NCBI GenBank assembly: GCA_000708835.1
Contig: DF236951.1
Coordinates: 434,101-498,100, forward strand
Direction: 5' to 3'
Length of the DNA: 64,000 bases
DNA from: Klebsormidium nitens
Lineage: Eukaryota; Plantae; Klebsormidiophyceae
Under the pieces are notes generated by a model that was given only the letters and a program-made list of their open reading frames with translations, searched no databases and was not told the DNA's origin. The number at the start of each line of letters is the position of its first letter. The first letter of the stretch is position 1. The position numbers were made by a program, and so were the translations under genes. This document shows positions 22,701 to 34,700 of the stretch, piece after piece.

Positions 22701-25700
22701 ACTGACGTCCCTCTGACGTCCCTTCTCACCTGCACCTTGTCGATGCACACCCGGTCCTGCAGCTGCCCGTCCCCCCGGCCGTCCGCCCCGGGCGCGGACA
22801 CCACCTGCATGCTCGTCGTCCGCGAGCTCAGGCTGCCCTCCCGGGAGCTCTGCCGCTCCTGAAGCGCGCGCGCGAGCGCCGCGTCGGCCTGCTCGCGCGC
22901 GTAGATGATGCACGCGGGGCAGGGGCAGCCCTCGGAGGGGCCGCACACGCCGTCGCATGCGCCGCACGCGCACCCGCCCGCCTCCGTGTAGCTTTGCCCG
23001 CAGTAGAAGCGACCGGCGCCGGCGCCTGGGGGAAAGAACCGGGGGCGTCAGACTGAAGGCTCTTGCATTTCTGGGCGTCAAGGAACGTACCACTTGAGAG
23101 GAAATATTCCTCAGGGCATCGGTAACTAGCAAGTAAGATGATTTGGAAGCCTCTAGGGACGTCTCTTATAACGGCTTGATCGTAAGAATACGTAAGAGAT
23201 CAATTGAGTTACATGTTCAGCAACTTTCACGTCGAAAGGGTTCGAAAATTTGGTCTCGTGTTTCAATCCCACGAACTTAGCCGACTCATTTGACCCCGCA
23301 AGTTCCTCATCCGTGAAAGGCCTTATTAGCTGACGATCTTGCTTAACGAGCGTATTATTATCTGTCAAGGTTATTGTTGGCGCTGGCAGGCTACTTACCG
23401 GTTCCTGGCAGCACTCTGTCCCCATTCCGGTTGACCAGCGGAACCTCCATCGACGTCGTCCGGGACGGAACCAGCACCTGTGCCGGCGCCGCAGGGGCGG
23501 TTCGCGTCGTCCGAAACCTCGTCGACCGTCGCGCTGTCAGCGCTCGGCTACTGCTTATCCCTATTCCGGTTCCGGTTCCGCCGGCGACCATTCCCCCGCC
23601 ACTGCCACCCATGTTGGTCACCCTCGTGGACGCCCGGTTGCTCGCTCCGGGCCCCAGAAGGTTGACCGTCAACGGAACCGGAACCGGGCTCACGCCGCCC
23701 GGCGGATCCTTCTTCTCGGCGGTCGCAACGCCGCGGATGTTGGTGAGCAGCGCGAGCGCGCCCGCGTGCGCGGTCTCGACGATTTCGGACACGAGGCGCG
23801 GGCTCGCGGACGGTCCGTACAGCCCCAGGTGGAGGATGAGCGCGGCCGCGAGGCGCCAGACCGCCTGCATGGCCTGCTTCGCGGCGGATTCCTCGGACTC
23901 GGCCGCCACCTGCAGGGGGAAATTTGGCCCACCTCTTGTTTCTGTTACAGAATAGACTGTAGACGAGAGGCCTTGAACAAGCTGGTCTAGCATCCAAGGG
24001 AATGACCAGTCAGTTGGTGCAAAACGAACGTCTTTCAAGCCAGCTGTCCTTGTCTGACTGGTTTTGTACCTGAGATTTACCGAGATAGCCAGTCACAGAA
24101 ATGCGTTCTCCTCCAAATGCGTACTCCTTGGGCACAAACATTCATGCCATCCCGAGTTCTACTAACTGTCAATGGTAGAGCGCCGCTTGCAGGCAGGAAA
24201 AATCTCCTCGTCGTCCTTACCTCGTTGAACGCGTTTTCACACGAGAGCGTTGGCGCCAGGCTGCGCTCGGACCAGGCCTGCATGGCCCCAGTGTGAAAAG
24301 CCTCCAGTACGCTGTTCCAGGCGGCGTCCGTAGATGCGTCCGCGGGGGGCGACACGGGGGCGAGCGGCAAGACTAGCTTGTGGAGTGCCTCGCCAAGTTC
24401 GATGGTCGCCAGGAAAGAGAGGTCGGTGGGGTCGTACATAGTGGTCAGGATGTCAATCGCGTGGAGACGCAGGATCGCGGGCGTGTCGGAGGACCTGGCG
24501 AAATGGGAATCGGAACTTCAGGTTTTGGCACTAGGCATGTGCAGAGGAGTGCGATTATCTTCTGTGGTAATCATCCGGGCTGTCGTAGGAGCTCAACCCG
24601 TCGGAAGTTCAAGGGCACGCAGCCTTGCTGTTGTCCTGAAACGGTGAAGACAGCCTTACAATTGCAAAGAAGGGGATTCACGGTGAAGCTGTGGCAATTT
24701 ACTTTGTTCCCACCATCTCGTCTTTGATACCAACTCGCCTTTCGAACCTTCTCAGAAGAAGCCTCTAGAACCACAAGTTGAAGGTTAAGGGCCCCCATGA
24801 CCTCACCGCAAGAAGCCCACCAGTCTTTGCAGGACCTCGTTGTTGATTTGTCTGAGATGGCTAACCGCGCCCGGTTTTCCCCCGCCCACATTTTGCAGGT
24901 AGTGCTGCATCCGCTGCTGGGCGCTGGCCAGTCCGTCCAGGCACCCCGCCCACACCTCCCTGTCGGAGCTGCCCAGCAGCGTCAGCACGGTCTGGAGCCC
25001 GGTCTCCATCTCGCCTGCACCGGGGAAAAGCACTTGAGCGGTTAGGCGAGGCGTCTGAATGCGCGATTATGAGCCTGACGAGGCACGAAGACGGCATGAA
25101 CTCTTTCCTGCTTCTGATCTTGTATGTTGTCAATCACGGTGATGGGCATATATGTAGCGCCAGAAGCGCACTTCTCAGCACTCAAATTGTGCTCGTTGGA
25201 GAAGGGAGCGTTTTGAATGTAGCTCCCGAAATAGACCTTTATATTGACTTCAGAAGATTGCTACTGAACATCGTTGCTTTCTTCTTTGTTGAAGTTTGGT
25301 AGGACTATCGTGCTCGCTCCGAGTCGCCACTTTAAAACTTGGCGAGTCTTCGTGCCCGATCCAGTTCTCAAACCTTGGTACGAAGGTCTTGTTTGGTAAC
25401 CCGCTTCATACCCAGCCACTCTTTGAAGAGCTCTGATTATGTCTGAGATTTGCATTCGTAAACAATCCAAGTTGCTTCGTAGCATTTTTTGCAAAGCAAC
25501 AGCGACGACCAGCAGCGGTGATCTGACTGGCTTACCTATCCTGAGTTCTTGCTTACGGTAGTGGAGCTCAACCTCAGCCACGGGGACCTCGGAGTAGAGA
25601 AAGGCCTTTGCTTCAGCCATCGCTTGCTCGACCGTCGTCATCGACGAGCGGGCCTGCATTGGAAACGTGTCAGCAACTAGAAATCTCCGACTGTAAAAGT

Positions 25701-28700
25701 TTGGGCTGTCGTGACAACTTCTCTACTGTCGGTGTTTCTGGTCTTTCTCAACAGAGTGCGTTGAGAACTCTTTCTTGTGGGTGTTTAAGGGTTTTTGACG
25801 ACGAATTCTGTGATGGAGCAAACGTGGAACCTCATTCGCACACCAGGGGCCAGACTTGCACCGATTGTCAGGTGCTAAGCCTCACCAGGTGCTTCTGGAT
25901 GTAGAGATGTAGTGCCAATCGCTATTTTGGCATACTAGTGAAGGAAGGAAGCCTTATTTCGTTAGCCCGACGGATCCTTCTCTCTTTTGAACAGATTAAA
26001 AAGCGAGCCCTCAGCACCACTGGGTCGACTTTTACGCAGTACAGAGAGACTAGCAACAAGGACGGAGCAGAGCGGATTCCGGCACCTGCTTCTCCATCCG
26101 GAAGTGGACGGAATGGATCTTGATGAGCTGCAGCACGCTGGTCCACTGTGACTTGGCCTCCTGCTTGGTGCTCTTGTTCAGAATCTTCAGCGCGGCCTTT
26201 CGTAGCCGGTCTGACGCTGGCGGAACAAGAACGGAAGCGGCTGTCAGGTTTCTTGTTGGCCGAACAGGCAAGTAGGAACCAATCTTCCTTTTAGTGCTTT
26301 GACTACGGTGTAAGTCTCACCTGACAGAATGGGGAGACATAATCTGGGAACGAGTCCTAAGAGAAGGTCAGTGTCGGTTCAGCATCGTAGGATGTGCGAC
26401 TGCGCTTCTTTATCTTCTTTGACCATTCCTCCAATATTTCGCTCTTGCACTAGAGCTGCGAAGCCCTAGTAGGAAAATCATGAACACCCTCTCTATGTAA
26501 ATCAGAAATTGAAGTGTGCTGCTAACGATGAGGTACGTTTTCCGGTCTGTTTTCATCAAAGAGCCGTGCTTTCCGCAGAAGGAAAAAGGAGTCCAAGCCC
26601 TGAATCAGTAGATCTGAGAGGTCCCTTTGGGCCGCTTTGCCGGCCGTAAAGCGAAGGGCGGGCTCTTCGTGCAGATGCCTATTCGATCGTAGTAGAAAAC
26701 TCAGCTCTGAATTCAGGCGCCAAAGTAGTTTTCCGCGTCGGGGGTGTGTCGGCTAAGGAAGCGGGACAAGACTTCGCCATCTGCTAACCAGTTCAAGCAA
26801 TCTGGAGCCGCGAGAGTTGCCTCTTGTTTCGCGTCGCCAACAAAACCAGGCGGTACAGATATTACTATTGTTGAAAGGAACTTCTGGAGCCAAAGAGTAG
26901 GACGCATTTAGGGGCAAATGATGAATGCACAGACTGACCTCCCGACGTGGAGGGCGAGCGTGGCGTGCCCGGTTCGCAGAGCGGGTCGAAGCGCAGCAGC
27001 ATGCGGCACTTGTCCAGGAACGGCCGGCAGATGCTGTCGTACGTCACGATAACGTCACCCTCCTCCGCCAGCTGCGCCACCTGGCGCCGCCGCACCAGCT
27101 CCATGCGCAGCTCTTGCGACAGGCGGAGGGCGACCCTGGGGGAGAAGAATCAAGCGACATTCGAATCTTGTACACGTACAGAATTCAGCAGATTTTTCGG
27201 GGATGAGGATTCTGGATAATCTGGATTGTAGAATTTGCCGACGTAGTGAGCTGACCGAAAAGAGGTTGAAGCCGCTGCTTTGACCAGTTTTTAAAGATAA
27301 AGGAGCTCCAAGAGGATTAGCGTTCTGTATATGTCCACGGCCACAGGAACTGCAAAAGAATAGAAGCGGCTGTAAGGAGCTCGCTCAGTGAAAAAAAAAG
27401 GAGCCAAGGAAGATTGACACGCAGTAATGTTACTGCTGCACAACTCAGATTCAGTGCTCGCCTCTCCATAGATCCAGGATCTTCATCCGAGCATGTTACC
27501 AATCCAACGGGTGGCCTCACCTCAGCTTTGCGCAAGCTGGTTGTTCTTCGAAACCAGTTGAACGGGGTCCGATTACTTTTCGCGTCTCCAAACCAGCCGT
27601 TTGTCAAAGCTTTCAACCTGTTAAAAAATCGAGTCAGGTTAGTCGGGGCATAGTATGAATCACCGGGGAGCCTCACCTCAGGCTTTGCACGAGCTGGTCG
27701 TTCTTTTCCACCGGGAGGAGGGGGTCCCGGCTCAACGCGGCCACGACGTCCAGCAGCCCGCTGTGGTACAGCAAGCACACCACGGCGGCGCGGTCGCACG
27801 CGTCGAGCAGACCGTTGGGAATGGAGTTCATGGTCTGCGGAAAGGTTTTATATGGGTGAGCGTTGGGGTACAAAATTCCGTAGATTGTTACAAACCAACG
27901 GGGTGCTTCCTTATTTTGCCTCCTAGTTCCAGGACTGAAGGCAACCTCAGAAAAAGAACCAGCTCCGGATCAAAAGTTGATGGGAACTACTGAGAAGCTT
28001 CATAGAAGACTGAGTTTACAATGGAAGGAAGAACAAAGATGAAACACACGTCCCTGGAAGACCTCCCAATGACTCCAACACAGACCCGACGCAACAACAC
28101 GGCGTTTCGTTTAAATTGTACGGACAGGGTCGAGGAAAAACCCAAATATCCAGGTGTTGCTCACCTTATGCGCGAGCAGCAGTCCGATGGCGTCCTTCGG
28201 ACGGTCCGCGGGCGGAGGTTCCACCAGTTTCAGGACGTACGTGCTCGGGGTGGACCGGCTGAGGCCCCTCTTCAGGAGCTCCCCCCGCACCCACGGTTCC
28301 GTTGGGTCGGTCTTGGGGGAGAACGCCGGACCGGCCAGCGCTTTGCCTGCGAGGGAGAGGGGTCCGTTGGTTCGATTGCATAAGTTCGATCTAGTCCTTG
28401 ATTGAAACCAGTCATTTCATAATCCTTCGGCCCTTTGCGAGTAAGGACTTGTTGTTTCAGCTGCGAAACCTCGACCTGGTTCTTCATGTGTCCATCAATG
28501 TCAGATGCTGATGGCCCTTACTCTTACCGAGACGGCCTTCTCTGGTTTAAGATTGACTACAGATTTTAAACCGTCAGATACACAGGAACTTTGGCAATCT
28601 AAACTTTTCAACCTCACAATCAAGAAAATTTTGTGGCACAATACTGTGGCACAAAATAAGCGAGACGTGCAGATGTCGGAATAGCGACCCGGAGACGTGA

Positions 28701-31700
28701 GACTGTGAGATATTGAAGGCCACAGTATCCAAATCTCCGACAGCCGCTTCACAAAGGAGACTGTTCGAAAAGAGCCGCCTTGACCCGACTGAGAGCCTGA
28801 GTTCAACAAGTCTTCACTCACCAGCCAGCATCCCGCAGAGCCCTGTCGCGACGTTCTTGAACTGGAACAGCCAATGGGACGACAACGCAGGAATAACCGC
28901 AACGACCACCACTTTCCAGCCCCACATGGCCTCAGCGCCGCCCGATTTGAAGCGCAGCGTCAGGCTGCTGCCCAGGATCGTGACAGGTGTCACCGGCCAA
29001 TTGCCGCTCTCCCCCGAGTAACGGCCCACCACCTTGTTGCCCTTCAAGAGCTGCAAGGGGGAATAATGACTTGCTAAGTCAGGTTCTTGGCCGCTGTTAA
29101 GATAAGGTTGAAATGGATCTGGCAGCTTGGTGTGCGAGGACGCTGGTGAAGAAGAAACGAGAATAGGCGAACTATGACGCTTCGTTGACGAGACAGGCGG
29201 ATATTGACGCTTCGTTGATCAATACTTCCTTCAAACCTTGCTGCGGGCATTCATTCTTTCTTTCTTTTCATTTCTTTTCTCTCATTCTCTCCAAGCGGAG
29301 CAGTGTGTGCCAAGCAGAACCCGGCCATGTTCTTCGAACAATCAAACCAGCCAATGTTGCTGAATCTCTGATCTGTAACTCTGCTTCACGCCAATGGATC
29401 TGCTGCCAGCGCAATCGACCACCTCTAACAACATTCTCACAAGGTCTCTTCCCAGCTGGCGCCTTTTGCCCAATCCGTACGCTCCTGATAATGTGACCCC
29501 ACCCTTTGGATCATTATGCAGCCCTGAGTTTCAGAAAACATTGACCCGGCTCCCGTTTGCAGGTACCGGACGAAAGTCTTGACCTTCCCCATCCTAGCCG
29601 GGATGAGAAACAGCTCAAGGCTCGGGCTACTTTGTGCGTACCTCCAGGGAGCAGCTTGGGTGGGTCTGGCAGCGCGTGTCGAATGACACAAGCAGGCGGC
29701 AAGCGCTCAGGTTGTGGATCTTGGTCACCGTATCGGAGTATTCGTGGTACGGGTGGCGCGACTCAGCTGACTCAATCTGCGCAGAGACACAGAGAACGCT
29801 TGTGAGTAAGAACGAAAAATTGAGCGAGCGTACAGCAGCTCTTCCACTCGGACTGCTTGTAAAACATAACCGGCTCTTTTGATTGCGGATTTTGTTCGAG
29901 TCATATCGAAGACGAAGAGCTTTGAGAAAGTGAAACTACAACCTTGAGAAGCATCAAAACTGTTCAAGCACGAGAAAGAGGTGACCGCAATTCTCGATCT
30001 TCAGCGCTTGTGAAAGACAGGGTCACACGAAGGAAGAGCAGTGCAAAGGACTGGTCAAGCAAATCTAAAGAAACCAGCAGCATTTAGCGGAGGCTACCAA
30101 CACGACTCTTCTTTGAGAGCTCATCAATAGAAGCTTTATAGTGCCTTTTAGGAGATAAAGCAACCGTACGCACCTGGAACGAGTAACCCGGGGCCCGGTA
30201 CCCGGTCACCACCGCCTTGTACCCCCAGTCGCCCCCATGCACCGCGGCCGCCCCGCCGTCCATTTCTTGTACAAACGTCACAGTGTTCCCAGGAACTAGA
30301 ATGGGCTCGACGCACCACCGGTGCTCCGCGGGGCCCATCAGCGGCCCGGCAATGGTCGCCCCGTCCGCCTGTTGCAGTTTCACAAAGTCGTTTTCCCCCA
30401 TCGCCGACCGGGGGTCGAATTGCACCAGCAAAAAGTCTGCACCGGGCACGAACGCAGACTGGACGTCCTGGATCGGCGAGTCGCCCGGTCGGTACCGGTG
30501 GGGCGATTCCACCAACCGGGTTGCGAGCTTTGTTTGCGTTAGCGGGTCGAACGGGGCCTCGGAGGAGTGGAGGGAGAGAGCTGCGGAGGGGGATCCGCCC
30601 GTCATGTGCCCGGGTGACTGCCCCGACAGCCCTTGGAGCAGCTGCGCCACTTCGGCGAGGGTCGGGAGGAGCGCCCCGGTCTTGCAGAACTGGGAGAGCG
30701 CGAGCAGGAACACGAGGAGGACCGGCAGGCACGCGCGCAGGAGCGAGCGGTCAGCCAGTGACGTCAGCAGCTCGAGGGGACCGCCCTCGAGCCTCGCGAG
30801 CAGCCGCAGCGCGTCCCTGACGTGGTTCAGCACGGAGGCCGCCACGTGGCAGCAGATGGTTTGCGCAGCGGGGGAGTCCTTGAGCTGCGTCAGCAGGAGC
30901 TTCATGGTCTCGACGACGATGCGCGCGCAGCTGGGGATGAGCGGCAGCACCGCGGGGCTTTCCGCCACGATCTGGACCTGCAGGGTTCGCGAGATAAAGG
31001 GGTTCAGCAATCTCTACAGATGGGCGTGGTTAGAGCACCCTCGAAGCCGCTTCATCAAAGGGAATAATAACACCACCACCTTTTATAAAGGACTACTCAA
31101 TTTAAGCTACCCAGCTTTGGAGGATGGTACCTCGGCCCGAGGACTTAGCCTGGGGCATTGGTTATGCGGAGTGGCTCTTGTTGCAGATCACTGTCGTGAC
31201 ACAGTCAAAGCTACATTGCGATTGCTTCTTTCTGGGCTCCTCAGTGACCTTATTCCTTCTATCAGGTCAAAGCTTCAAGATGGACTACTTTTTGCAAGGG
31301 CTTGGAAAAGCCCGAGAACGCAAAAATGCGCAACGAGAAACAATCTTAGGCCCCTCGCACCTAAGATGTTGTTTTTGACCGAGTGTTCGATATTTCCACC
31401 AAAGGCGGTGAGTACAGTGCATTGTCAAAGTCCACTGCGTTCGCACCGAATAGATTGCAGACTGGCCGTTGCAACATCTTGGGTGCGAATCAGGGGCCCA
31501 AGATCCAACTTCCTTACCCGCTTGGTAATGGTGACCTGGTCGTCCACGTGGTCGAAGCTGGCGACCGGGAAGACCTCCCCGGTGATGTTGGTGAAGAACT
31601 TGTCGATCTCGATGCCGTTCTTGCTGAAGCGCAGCGTGCCGCGGTCCATGTCCAGGTGGCACCTGATCGTGTCGCCCGCGTCGAACTCCAGGATTTGCCT

Positions 31701-34700
31701 GCGGGGCATAGGCCGAGCTGACGTCAGCAAGGCTGTTGGGGGGGGAAGTCGTCAGCGAATGCCAGATGCCAGATCCTACTGGATATATTGGACGAGACAG
31801 AAACGACGCGAGCAAGGCACACGATACACACGGGCTGCACGCTTTACGCGCTGCGTTGCGTTGCGCCTTTAGGGTGGGCAATGAATCAGCTTACAGAACG
31901 ATGTCTGTCGCTTATCGTCGGCTGAACAATAGCGTCTCTACAAGAGACGCAACTCTACCAGAGCGTTGGTAATGTGCAAGAACAGAATTGGACGGAACTG
32001 AAGGTCCCCCAACACCCGATCAAAGATAAAAGTTGAACCCATTTCCGGATCAAAGTCCAAGAGCAACCCTCCACACCAGAAGATTTGGACACACAACGGC
32101 ACAAGATGCTGAAGCTTCTGAGTATCTCCCGCGGCTGACCTGTGGTGTATGCCGTGGTGCAGCAGGTGCCCGTTCGCGTGGTACACCCAAGTGTTCCTGT
32201 CGATCGAGCTGTCGTTCAGGTTCTCGTCCAACAGGATGCCGCCACGTGCCACCCCGAGGCGCATGTTGCTCGCGTGCTGGTCGACCCGCACGTCCCAGCT
32301 GTGCTTCCCCGCCGTAAAGCCCCGGCTGCCCATCACCGTGCTGAACTCAGGGCTGTTGCGCGTCTTGCGCGCAGTCAGGCTGATGTTCGTCACCTGGCGT
32401 CAGCAAGGATTGACGTCAGCTAAAAAGATCAGAGCGCAAGAACGAAAAGTATTTGAGAAATGGTGGTGTTTGACCTGTTGCCCATCACCGTGCTGATTCC
32501 GGGGTTGTTGCGCGTCTTGCGCGCAGTCAGGCTGATGTTCGTCACCTGGCGTCAGCAAAGAGTGACGTCAGCAGAAAGCAGATCAGAGCGCAACGAGAAG
32601 AGACGTCAAAAGACCCTGATCGCAAATCTGCTGCTTGCTACCGCTCTCAATGGTGGGCTGTTGCGCGCCGTCAGACTGATGTTCGTCAAGTAGCGTCAGC
32701 TAGAAGTAATGTGAGAAGGAGGCGCAGAAGCTGACGTTCTTGCTGGATGACTCGAGGGGCCTTTATTACTTGGTGCCAACGCTGACATTTCAAGGTGGTC
32801 ATCCACCCTGTTGCCAATGCACTGCCGACTCTCCCATGTTTGGGTCTATTCATACTCTTTAATTGAACTTCCGCGAGTCTAAATGAATCCAAAAATACTT
32901 ACTCTTTTCGCTTGCAAGAAGCTTGAGCATGCTTCAGGATGGTTGAGTTCAGCATTTTCTATATGTGCGGTCAAGTATAGTCCCGCAACATTCGTCTTAC
33001 CTCCACGCTCGCTGTGTGCCAGAGGCCCCAGACCCACGCTTCTTCCTCCTCCTCCACTTCGACGGCGTCGTCAGATGACGAGGCAGCGTCTTCCGCTGCA
33101 GCCTCCAGGGGCTCGTTTCTGGAAACCGCGTCGACGCAGGCTGCCATAAGGAGAACAGCGATTTGAGAATCAGTTATTGCACTCCATCTCTAGAATTATG
33201 TTGGACTGATTGGCTAACTTCGCCTCCGCACAAAGTAGTCGCAACTGTCTTTGGACATAGGAGCAACGTAAAAGAGAACGAGTGCACGAGTGCACGAGCG
33301 TGACGATTTTCCGAACTCGGCAGTTCTTGTTTGCTGAAGAATCTTGATTCGCAGAAACCCTAGGATTGGAACGCTTGAGGTACATCCCGACCAAGTCAGA
33401 CATTCTGGGTTAAGGGGGACGTCTCCGTCAAAAGTAAGCGAAGAGAAGTAGATTCACTCGAGTAACAGAACAGCAGATCGTTGTCCTATCTTCGTAATGA
33501 AGGGCCGGAGTCCGTTAATCGCCAAAGTACCATAGTCCGCCGTCCAGCTTTCGAACACGCGAAGCATTCGACGGCCACTTTTGCCGCTTCCCTTTCCTCA
33601 CCAGACAAGTAACGCAGCGAGTACCCCAGCAGCGAGTCCAACAACGTCAGCAGCGGTTCCTTTCCCAGCGTCCGGTTCTCGTCCGGTTTTAGCCCCAGAA
33701 GCGGGTGCAGCGTCTTCCACAGAACGGACGGTTTGGACGCGTCCGCGAGCATGAACTGGAGGAGGTCCTTTTCGGCGGGCGTTGCGTGCGGCAGCCGTGA
33801 GGCCTGCGCGTTCAGGAGCTGCGCGAGCGCGAGCGCGCGTGCGGTGGCCTGCACGGTTTAAGAAGGGTTTAATAGAAGATGTGGCAATGGCGAGATGCAC
33901 TTAGGATGGGCACCGCAGATCGGAGAAGACATCTCGAGCGCTCTACTACGTCAATGATAATATTGCCAAAGTAAAAGATGGCCTTCGTAATAACAACTCG
34001 AAGTCGTGTGCCATGTAAGAAGCAAAACAGCAAAAAGCAAGGCACTACTAGACGACTAAAGGGACGATAGAAGAGCATAGACAATGAGAAGTTAGCAGAC
34101 AGTGCCGAATCACAGTTGAGAACTTCCAGAAAGACCGGTTTGACAGCTTCGAGCAACTTGACGCCGAGAGCAGACGTCCGAACCCTCATGTGAGACAAGG
34201 ATCGTAAGAAAGAGAATGAAGAGCTGAAAAAAGGGTGCCCTGGCAAATATCAGACACCCGTTCACTGAAAGACCCGTCAGAGCCTCTGGGTAAGTTGGTG
34301 TCTACTACTTGAACGAGTAGTAGTCCCACAACCAAGTTCATCAGAGGAATTCGGTCCCCGCTTGACGTCTGAGGATGACGTAGGAGGCAGAGTCGGGAAA
34401 GAGAAAATACAGGAGAAGAAGAAAGAGCGAAGGAGCGAGGAAAGGCGTCTCACGTCGGGCAGGAAGATGGGCAGCCCGCTCCGCAGCGCGTCTACCGCGA
34501 GCGCCTGCACCTGCAACATACGCTCCCCCCCCGCGCTCTCCGGGCCCGCCTCCACCAGCCCCAGCAGCGTCGCCAACAGACTCTCCGTGGTGGCCGACGG
34601 CGCCAAACTCGTCCGGGGGGGCCCTTTTCCCTGCTTCTCTTCTCCCCCCGCTTTCGCCCCACTTTTCTCCCCCCCTCCTGCTTTCGCCATCCAGTCCAGG

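Noticed and set aside
21497-29240. Micro-duplications in HECT introns (agaggttttag x2 near 21500; tgacgcttcgttga x2 near 29195-29238)
   Set aside because: These are ordinary short slippage duplications with no sign of function.
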